DNA of 64,000 nt, from positions 119,191 to 183,190 of the forward strand of contig JAVZZP010000001.1 of the NCBI GenBank assembly GCA_038885615.1, read 5' to 3'. A model generated the notes under the pieces. The model searched no databases. It was given only the letters and a program-made list of their open reading frames with translations, and was not told the DNA's origin. The first letter of the stretch is position 1, and every line of letters starts with the position of its first letter. The DNA comes from Candidatus Pacearchaeota archaeon (GTDB lineage: Archaea > Nanobdellota > Nanobdellia > Pacearchaeales > GW2011-AR1). Below, piece by piece: positions 56,687 through 64,000 of the stretch. A program made the position numbers and the translations under genes.

Positions 56687-57178
56687 CTATTTCTTTTTTC
56701 TTTTTGATTTTTCTGATTGCTTTTTATAAGACAGTGATTCTTTTTCTTCTCTGTTTTTAGGGTCTTCTCTCTGTTGGGGTGGAGGAGAAAGCTGCTTTAT
56801 TCTAGCATGCACTAATCTCAAGATGTCTTCATAATAATGAAGTTTCCCTGCTAAATTATTTAAAAAGTCATTTGCTTCGAAAGAATCGATATTTATATTG
56901 GAAGGTTCACTTATTTCAATAGAAGAAGGAAGCATTTCGGAAACAACAAAAACTAAATCTGAAAAACTTTTAGAGTAAAATTCAATTTCCGAAAAAACAG
57001 AAAAAAATTCTGGTTTGTCTTTTAGTGGTTTTGGCTCTGAAAATTTCTTTGAGATGACTTCAACGTTTTTAAAAGAATCCAGACGAGAAACGTGTGTTTT
57101 CAAGGTCTCTAGAAGATATTCTGGCGGAGCTCCAGCTAATTGGACAATAATAGTTGATTTTATTTTTTGATTTGTCAT
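56687..57178 (-). CDS. Hypothetical protein
   Basis: 163-aa ORF (GAPPEY...FSEIEF...PSSIEISEP), 1 nt after the comEA-like stop. Confidence 0.65.
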   Translation of the reverse strand: MTNQKIKSTIIVQLAGAPPEYLLETLKTHVSRLDSFKNVEVISKKFSEPKPLKDKPEFFSVFSEIEFYSKSFSDLVFVVSEMLPSSIEISEPSNINIDSFEANDFLNNLAGKLHYYEDILRLVHARIKQLSPPPQQREDPKNREEKESLSYKKQSEKSKRKKK

Positions 57179-57179
57179 T

Positions 57180-58085
57180 TTAGTCCTTCAAAATTAAAAC
57201 CACTATAACAACAAGCAAAACTGCAAAAAAGTAAATTGCATATTTTCTTATTTTTTCTGTTTTTGATTCATAAACAACTTTTCCTGTTGCTAAGTTTGTT
57301 TTATTTTCTTCTTTATTTGAATTTAGGTTTATAATACTTTCTTTTTTTAATTCTTCTTGAAAATTATCACTTTTCTTGCCTTCTATTATTGATTGAGATT
57401 TTTGATTTAAATTCAAAGAAACTTTTTCTTCATTTTCTTCCGTCTTACAAAAGTTATCTTCTACATAAGCAACCCCTTGCTCTTTTATTTTTTCCAAGGT
57501 TTTTTGGCCTATCCCTTTAACTTTTAATAAATCGTCAATTGAACAAAAAGGCCTTGATTTTATAATTTCTTGCGCCGTTTTTTCTCCAACTCCAGTTATT
57601 TTTGTAAGCAAAGAGACAGACGCTGTATTAATATCTATTTTCTGATTTGTGTTTGTTGTCTGTTGTTGGTTTTGTGTTCGATAAGAAGAATTCTGAGTTT
57701 CTTGATTGCTATTCTCCAAAATTAGTTGTTGCCGAAGATTTTCTGAAATTTTATCTTCTTGGCTTTGAGAAACATCGGGCATATTTGATCGAGTGTTTTC
57801 AACTGAAACACAGGCTAAACCTTGTTCTTTAATTTTTTGAAGGGTCTTTTCACCAATTCCTTTAATTCTTATCAATTCTTCTATGGAACTAAAAGGCCTT
57901 TCCTCGATAATTCGCTGGGCATAGGCAGGACCTATTCCAACTAGTTTTTGTAAATCAATAACTGAAGCCGTATTAATATCTATCTGACCATCGGAACAAT
58001 TTGCATTTACAAAAGTAACAAAAAAAGATAATAAAAATAATGCTATAGTTCTTTTAGCAAAAAAACTGAGAAAATCTTTTGCCAT
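57180..58085 (-). CDS. comEA: ComEA-like DNA-binding protein with two HhH modules, signal peptide and C-terminal TM
   Basis: Two copies of IDINTAS..L..L.G.G...AQ.II..RPF.SI..L...KGIG.KTL.KIK. Confidence 0.8.
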   Translation of the reverse strand: MAKDFLSFFAKRTIALFLLSFFVTFVNANCSDGQIDINTASVIDLQKLVGIGPAYAQRIIEERPFSSIEELIRIKGIGEKTLQKIKEQGLACVSVENTRSNMPDVSQSQEDKISENLRQQLILENSNQETQNSSYRTQNQQQTTNTNQKIDINTASVSLLTKITGVGEKTAQEIIKSRPFCSIDDLLKVKGIGQKTLEKIKEQGVAYVEDNFCKTEENEEKVSLNLNQKSQSIIEGKKSDNFQEELKKESIINLNSNKEENKTNLATGKVVYESKTEKIRKYAIYFFAVLLVVIVVLILKD

Positions 58086-58443
58086 TTTTCTTTAATTCTT
58101 CTAGTTCTATAACGAAGTTTTTTCCTGCATCTTTTAGTTCATTGGGAAAAAGAAAAAACCACCCTTCTCTGTTAAAACGGACAGCTATAACAGGGGTTAA
58201 ACCGAAAATCTCAGAAAATATTAAGAATTTTTCTATTTGCTCTTTTGAGATATATTTTGAAGAAGAACTGGTTGATTTTACTTCAATTGCGTATTTTTTT
58301 CCTATTTTTCCAACCAATAAATCACAATCAGCAGTTTCCATTACCCCGCTTCCTGCAACTCGAACTGCCCTAAAATTTTCTTCTAAAAACATCTTTAAAA
58401 GCTCTCTTTCTGCTTTAGTTCCTTTGGATTTGTTTTTTTGCAT
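58054..58443 (-). CDS. hjc: Holliday junction resolvase Hjc
   Basis: KGTKAEREL, RVAGSG, DL, IEVKS. Confidence 0.9.
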   Translation of the reverse strand: MQKNKSKGTKAERELLKMFLEENFRAVRVAGSGVMETADCDLLVGKIGKKYAIEVKSTSSSSKYISKEQIEKFLIFSEIFGLTPVIAVRFNREGWFFLFPNELKDAGKNFVIELEELKKNGKRFSQFFC

Positions 58444-58444
58444 T

Positions 58445-59140
58445 TTACTTTCTTCTTTTTTCTATTTTTTCTATTTTACCATCTTTTAGATAGCAAATTC
58501 TTTGGGCATATTTGTAGGCTACATTTACGTCATGTGTTACGACGATAATTGTTTTTCCTTGTTCATGAAGTTTTTCTAAAAACTCTAATACGATTTGACC
58601 AGTTCTTGAATCTAAATTTCCGGTAGGTTCATCTGCCAAAATAACTTCTGGATCATTAACCAGTGCTCTCGCTATTGCTACTCTTTGTTGTTGGCCACCT
58701 GAAAGTTGATTTGGGTAGTGATTTTCTCTCTCTTCTAACTGCACGAGTTTTAATAGTTCTCTTGCTTTTTTTTCCTGCTCTTCTTTAGAAAACCCTTGAA
58801 AACTCATAGGTAACAAAATGTTCTCTTTCGCAGTTAGAGTTGAAATTAGATTAAATTGTTGAAAAATAAAACCAATCTTTCTACCTCTAATTTGTGCTAG
58901 TTCAGATTCGTGCAAATGAGAAATATCATGTTCTTCTAAGAAAATTTTTCCTTTAGTTGGGGTGTCTAAACAACCTACAAGATTCATCATGGTAGATTTA
59001 CCTGAACCAGAAGGGCCGAGAATAACTAAAAATTCAGATCTTTGGACTTGAAGATTTACTCCTGAAAGTGCATAAACCTTATTTTCCCCCATCTCATAAA
59101 TTTTGTAAACATCCACAAGGCGAATAATTTCTTTTTTCAT
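58445..59140 (-). CDS. ABC transporter ATP-binding protein (LolD/MacB-like)
   Basis: [26 protein letters not shown]. Confidence 0.93.
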   Translation of the reverse strand: MKKEIIRLVDVYKIYEMGENKVYALSGVNLQVQRSEFLVILGPSGSGKSTMMNLVGCLDTPTKGKIFLEEHDISHLHESELAQIRGRKIGFIFQQFNLISTLTAKENILLPMSFQGFSKEEQEKKARELLKLVQLEERENHYPNQLSGGQQQRVAIARALVNDPEVILADEPTGNLDSRTGQIVLEFLEKLHEQGKTIIVVTHDVNVAYKYAQRICYLKDGKIEKIEKRRK

Positions 59141-59190
59141 GTAAAAGTAAATAACAAAACATTTAAAAATCTTCTTTTTATCAAATTTTT

Positions 59191-59388
59191 ATGATAATCC
59201 CTGTAAGATGTTTTAGTTGTGGAAAACCAATAGGTCATTTATGGAAACTTTTTAAAGAAAAAACTTCAAAAGGCGAAGATGCAAAAAAAGTTTTAGATGA
59301 ACTCGGTCTTGAAAGATATTGTTGCAGAGCAATGCTGCTTGGACACGAGGATTATATAGACATAATTAACAAATTTAAGAAATATTAG
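59191..59388 (+). CDS. rpoN: RNA polymerase subunit N (Rpo10)
   Basis: [12 protein letters not shown]...RYCCR. Confidence 0.96.
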   Translation: MIIPVRCFSCGKPIGHLWKLFKEKTSKGEDAKKVLDELGLERYCCRAMLLGHEDYIDIINKFKKY

Positions 59389-59438
59389 ATATATTTTTTT
59401 ATAAAAAAATTTAAAAAACAACTTTCAAAAGAAAAAAT

Positions 59439-62237
59439 ATGGCAAGAAAGTGGGTTTACACTTTTGAAGAAGGAAAAGCCGATATGAAATGGCTTCTTGG
59501 TGGGAAAGGAGCGAATTTGGCTGAGATGACAAAAATTGGCTTGCCTGTTCCACCCGGATTTACAATAACAACAAAAGTTTGTGACTATTTTTACAAAAAC
59601 AATAAAAGTTATCCAGAAGAATTGAACGAACAGATAGAAAAAGCTCTTTCTTGGCTTGAGAACAAAATGAAAAAAAAGTTTGGCGATGAAAAAGATCCTT
59701 TACTTGTTTCTGTAAGAAGCGGGGCAGCTAGTTCTATGCCGGGAATGATGGATACTATTTTAAACTTAGGTTTAAACGACACTACAATAAAAGGTTTAAT
59801 TGAATCCACAAAAAATGAAAGGTTTGCCTATGATTCTTATAGAAGATTCATACAAATGTTTGGTGATGTTGTTTTGCAAGTAGACCATAGAAAATTTGAA
59901 GAAATTTTAGAGGAAAAAAAGAAAACAAAAGGGGTTTCTCTGGATACAGAATTGGATTCTGATGATTTGAAAGAAATAGTCGAAAAATACAAAGAACTAG
60001 TTAAAAAAGAAACAGGAAAGGAATTTCCTCAGGATGTTAAAGAACAATTAAATCTGGCCATAAATGCTGTTTTTTCTAGTTGGAATAATCCTAGAGCAAT
60101 TACTTACAGGAAATTGAATGATATTAAAGGGCTTTTAGGAACAGCTGTGAATGTGCAGGCGATGGTTTTTGGCAACATGGGAAATGATTGTGCTACAGGT
60201 GTTTGTTTTACAAGAAATCCATCAACAGGTGAAAACAAATTTTACGGAGAATATTTGGTTAATGCTCAAGGAGAGGATGTTGTTGCTGGAATAAGAACAC
60301 CTAAACCAATAAGCGAGCTTGAAAAAGAAATGCCTGAAATTTACAAACAACTTCTTGAAGTAAGAGAAAAACTAGAAAAGCACTATCGTGATATGCAAGA
60401 TATTGAGTTTACAATTGAAAAAGGAAAACTTTACGTCTTACAGACGAGAAATGGAAAAAGAACAGCTTTTGCTGCAGTAAAAATTGCTGTAGATTTAGTA
60501 AGAGAGGGTTTATTGAAAAAAGACGAGGCAATAATGAAAGTTGATCCTGCCTCAATAGATCAGTTACTTCATGAAACAATAGACCCTATTGCTAAACAAA
60601 AAAACAAATCTGTTGCGAGAGGTTTGCCTGCTTCTCCAGGTGCTGCCGTCGGAAAAATTGTTTTTAATGCGGAAGACGCAAAGAAAAAAACAGAGGAAGG
60701 AGAAAATGTTATTTTAGTAAGACTAGAAACTTCTCCTGAAGATATTGAAGGAATGCACGCTGCAAAAGGAATTTTGACTGCAAGAGGTGGAATGACTTCT
60801 CATGCTGCTGTTGTTGCTCGAGGAATGGGAAAACCTTGTGTTGCTGGTTGCTCTGATTTAATTATAGATGAGAAAAATAAAAAATTAAGAATAAAAGATA
60901 TTGAACTTAAAGAAGGAGATTATTTAACTCTTGATGGAAGCACAGGAGAAATTTTTGTCGGGCAATTAGCATTAGTTTCTCCTGAAATAAGTGGAGATTT
61001 TGGAGAATTAATGAACTGGGCTAAAGAAATAAAGAGGTTAGAAGTTAGAGCAAATGCTGACAATCCAAAAGATGCTAAAGTTGCGAGAGATTTCGGTGCG
61101 CAAGGAATTGGCTTATGCAGAACAGAACACATGTTTTTCGAAGGAGAAAGAATTGTTTCAATGAGAAAAATGATTTTAGCAGACAGCGAAGAAGAAAGAA
61201 AGGCTGCTTTAAACGAGTTATTGCCTTATCAAAGAAGTGATTTTGAAGGAATTTTTGAAGTTATGAATGGTTTGCCTGTTATAATAAGATTGCTTGATCC
61301 TCCTTTACATGAATTTTTGCCAAAAGAAGAAGATGAAATAAAAGAATTATCTAAAAAAATTAATGTTTCTGTTGAAAAAATAAAGAACAGAATAAAGGAA
61401 TTACATGAATTTAATCCTATGCTGGGCTTTAGGGGTTGTCGTCTTGGTGTTGTTTATCCTGAGATTTCTGAAATGCAGGCGAGAGCTATTTTCGAGGCAG
61501 CAATAAATTGTGCTAGCAAAGGAATAAAGGCAATTCCGGAAATAGAAGTTCCAAATGTAATTTCCGACAAAGAGTTTAAACTGATTAAAGACATAATTGT
61601 TAAAGTTGCTGAAGAATTGAAAGTCAAAGAAAAAGGAATTTCTTACAAAATTGGCACGATGATAGAATTTCCTAGGGCCGCTCTCAATGCTGATAAACTT
61701 GCGAAAGAGGCAGAGTTTATGTCTTTTGGTACAAATGATTTGACACAAACTACATTGGGCTTTTCAAGAGATGACGCTGGGAGATTCATTAAAAATTATT
61801 TAGAAAAAAATGTTTTTGAAAAAGATCCTTTCCAAACTTTAGACATTGAAGGTGTTGGAAAATTAATGAGAACAGCTGTATTAAAAGCGAGAAAAGTAAG
61901 AAGAAATATTGATATTGGAATCTGTGGTGAGCATGGCGGAGATCCTGCTTCTGTAAAATTCTGCCATAGAATAGGTTTAAGCAATGTTTCTTGCTCTCCG
62001 TATAGAGTACCAATAGCAATTTTAGCTGCTGCTCAAGCAAGAGTTGAAGGAATTCAATACATAAGAGAAAAAAGAAAAAAGTTAAGAAGAAATAGAAAAA
62101 GATTTTTCAGAAGAAATTTTAGAAGTATGCGAAAAAAAAGTTTTTACAGGGCGCGTGCTGGCGTTAGAAAGCAAGGATTTTTTAGAAGATTTAAAATAGG
62201 TTTTAGAAATTTAAGAAGAAGAGTTTGGAGAAGGTAA
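59439..62237 (+). CDS. ppdK: Pyruvate, phosphate dikinase with a basic C-terminal extension
   Basis: LLGGKGANL, SVRSGA, GGMTSHAAVVARG (phospho-His), GLCRTEHMF, SFGTNDLTQ, GICGEHGG, SCSP. Confidence 0.96.
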   Translation: MARKWVYTFEEGKADMKWLLGGKGANLAEMTKIGLPVPPGFTITTKVCDYFYKNNKSYPEELNEQIEKALSWLENKMKKKFGDEKDPLLVSVRSGAASSMPGMMDTILNLGLNDTTIKGLIESTKNERFAYDSYRRFIQMFGDVVLQVDHRKFEEILEEKKKTKGVSLDTELDSDDLKEIVEKYKELVKKETGKEFPQDVKEQLNLAINAVFSSWNNPRAITYRKLNDIKGLLGTAVNVQAMVFGNMGNDCATGVCFTRNPSTGENKFYGEYLVNAQGEDVVAGIRTPKPISELEKEMPEIYKQLLEVREKLEKHYRDMQDIEFTIEKGKLYVLQTRNGKRTAFAAVKIAVDLVREGLLKKDEAIMKVDPASIDQLLHETIDPIAKQKNKSVARGLPASPGAAVGKIVFNAEDAKKKTEEGENVILVRLETSPEDIEGMHAAKGILTARGGMTSHAAVVARGMGKPCVAGCSDLIIDEKNKKLRIKDIELKEGDYLTLDGSTGEIFVGQLALVSPEISGDFGELMNWAKEIKRLEVRANADNPKDAKVARDFGAQGIGLCRTEHMFFEGERIVSMRKMILADSEEERKAALNELLPYQRSDFEGIFEVMNGLPVIIRLLDPPLHEFLPKEEDEIKELSKKINVSVEKIKNRIKELHEFNPMLGFRGCRLGVVYPEISEMQARAIFEAAINCASKGIKAIPEIEVPNVISDKEFKLIKDIIVKVAEELKVKEKGISYKIGTMIEFPRAALNADKLAKEAEFMSFGTNDLTQTTLGFSRDDAGRFIKNYLEKNVFEKDPFQTLDIEGVGKLMRTAVLKARKVRRNIDIGICGEHGGDPASVKFCHRIGLSNVSCSPYRVPIAILAAAQARVEGIQYIREKRKKLRRNRKRFFRRNFRSMRKKSFYRARAGVRKQGFFRRFKIGFRNLRRRVWRR

Positions 62238-62477
62238 TGTTTGTTGGTTCTTGGCAAGGCTGAAAAAATCAGTTAGAATAAGTAAGAGTGTTTAATCTTT
62301 TTAGAAATTCAGTAATATTTATTAAGAAAAAGTTTCTCTTAAAGGTATGAATACATATAAAAAAATCTTAATTTTTTAAAAAAATTTATAAATAAAATAA
62401 AAAAAAGATTTTTCTTTTTAAAGAAAAAACAAAAAAAGAAAAAAATTATCAAAATAAAAAGAAAACAGATCGGACAG

Positions 62478-63947
62478 TTGAGAGAGAATTTTTTTAAAGA
62501 AACTTTTCAAAAAAAATTAAAAGATTTTTTAGAAAGAAATGATACAATTCAAAAATCGAATTTTTCTATAGAAAAAGAAAAAATTGAAGAAAACAAGGAA
62601 AGAAATTTTGTAAAGGTTAACGAAGGCATATACACTGGAAGACCTTGTTATAGTTTGTTTAAGGATTTTATTTTAAAAACAGAAGAGAGTTTAGATATAT
62701 CTACAAACGTCTTTTCTAACAAAACTCTTTTTGAGATTATAAAACTTTTAAAGAAAAATGTAAAAATCAGGATAGTTTCTGCTAGACAAAAAGACAAAGA
62801 TTATAATTTTAAAGAAGATTTAATAAATTTAGAAGTCTATCGTTTACCAAGAAATCATTCAAAATTTATTATAAGAGATAAAAAAGCTCTTTTAATCGGT
62901 TCTGCTAACCTTGAAGAGTCTTCTCTCTTAAATTTTTTTGAAACAAATTATATAACTTTTAATAAAGAAATAGTAGAAAGTGCTACAGAAATATTCGAAT
63001 CTATAATTAGTGGAGTTGATTTAAGAAAAAAGAAAAATTCTTTCTTGTTTTCTGGAAATGAAAAAGAAGATTTGCCAAAAATATTATTTGAATTAATAAG
63101 AAAAGAAGAAGAAATATCAATAATTTTAGGTTTGTCTTTATTTCAAAAAGAAGTTTTAGATTATATTTTGTCGACAAACCCTCAATTAAAAGTTAAAATA
63201 ATTTTAGGCGGAGACTGGCCAAAAAACATCTTTAGTCCTGTTGACAAAGAAACTGTTAAGTATATAAATAACTATAAAAAAACAGAAAATATTGAAATAG
63301 AATTCAAAAAGGAACCTATTCACTCCAAGGTTTATTTTTTCAAAAAAAACAGAAAAAGGATTATTTCTTCTATGAATATGACAAGGGATTCTTTTGGAAG
63401 GCTTTATGAATCTGGGATAATTATAGAAAAAGAAGAAGAAATAAAAAAATTTTTTGATATAATAAATAGTTTAGAAAAAAAAGGGATTCCCTCTTCTAGT
63501 TATTTTGATTTTTATAATGATGTTTATACCCCAAAAGAAGAAATAACTGATTCAAGTAGTGTATTAAATTTGCCTTGGAAAACTGCTTATGAGGATGAAA
63601 CTTGGCCCTTTTCGAGATATAATATTGAAAAAAAAGAAAAAGTAGTTATAGAAAAAAACAAGGAAGAAACCGAAGATAAAAAAATAATATACAAAGGTTC
63701 TTTTGATTCTTTTGTTGGTGGGAGGTATGGAAAGACTCTTATAAAAAGCTTATACGGCCACTCTACGAAAACTTCAAGTCCAAAAATAACAAAAGGACAT
63801 ATACATATAAAATCTTATGATAGAAAAAAGGATATAAAATCTTTGGAAAGAAAAAAAGAAATAATAGATGACGAAGAAGAAAAAAAGAAAATTGAAGAAT
63901 CTATTGAATGGTTAAAAAAAGAACTTAAAGAAAAATATAATTTATAA
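62478..63947 (+). CDS. Phospholipase D superfamily protein with two HKD-like domains
   Basis: NHSKFIIRD..GSAN and IHSKVYFF..SSMN; start uncertain. Confidence 0.75.
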   Translation: MRENFFKETFQKKLKDFLERNDTIQKSNFSIEKEKIEENKERNFVKVNEGIYTGRPCYSLFKDFILKTEESLDISTNVFSNKTLFEIIKLLKKNVKIRIVSARQKDKDYNFKEDLINLEVYRLPRNHSKFIIRDKKALLIGSANLEESSLLNFFETNYITFNKEIVESATEIFESIISGVDLRKKKNSFLFSGNEKEDLPKILFELIRKEEEISIILGLSLFQKEVLDYILSTNPQLKVKIILGGDWPKNIFSPVDKETVKYINNYKKTENIEIEFKKEPIHSKVYFFKKNRKRIISSMNMTRDSFGRLYESGIIIEKEEEIKKFFDIINSLEKKGIPSSSYFDFYNDVYTPKEEITDSSSVLNLPWKTAYEDETWPFSRYNIEKKEKVVIEKNKEETEDKKIIYKGSFDSFVGGRYGKTLIKSLYGHSTKTSSPKITKGHIHIKSYDRKKDIKSLERKKEIIDDEEEKKKIEESIEWLKKELKEKYNL

Positions 63948-64000
63948 AATTTATACCTCAACTGTAAAGATAAATATGGATATAATCAAGATTTAAATAG

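Noticed and set aside
1..64000. CRISPR array, rRNA, transposase, reverse transcriptase/DGR repeats
   Set aside because: No regularly spaced direct repeats, rRNA-like tracts, transposase/RT motifs or adenine-variable repeat pairs found by eye; a self dot-plot would be the definitive test.

Overview
AT-rich, gene-dense archaeal chromosome segment. The fused PriS-PriL primase, RFC, PCNA, Hjc, GatD, Rpo10, eL41, TATA-box promoters and many class III (pilin-type) signal peptides point to a DPANN archaeon, probably Pacearchaeota/Woesearchaeota-like (inference). Most of the window is housekeeping (aspS, srp54, bud32, gatD, rps10, pheST, rfcLS, gatCA, serS, pcn, primase, ppdK) plus four tRNAs, one of them (Thr-GGT) with a 118-nt structured intron. 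The most striking element is a 10.6-kb tandemly duplicated cell-surface module at 39.2-49.8 kb. Each copy has a KRG|Q pilin-like gene followed by a giant Cys-rich protein with a central hydrophobic/Gly-rich domain. In one copy the giant protein is a single ~1334-aa chain. In the other it is split into two genes, with an intact mini-intein (Hint) and a catalytically dead Hint relic flanking the split. Other highlights: a metallophosphoesterase + YheC/D-like ATP-grasp operon divergent from an AbrB-PhoU regulator, a candidate ~110-nt ncRNA, a GC-rich double hairpin/uORF, PPDK with an Arg/Phe-rich tail, and an ahpC pseudogene with three lesions. All family calls come from reading motifs by eye; no database searches were run.
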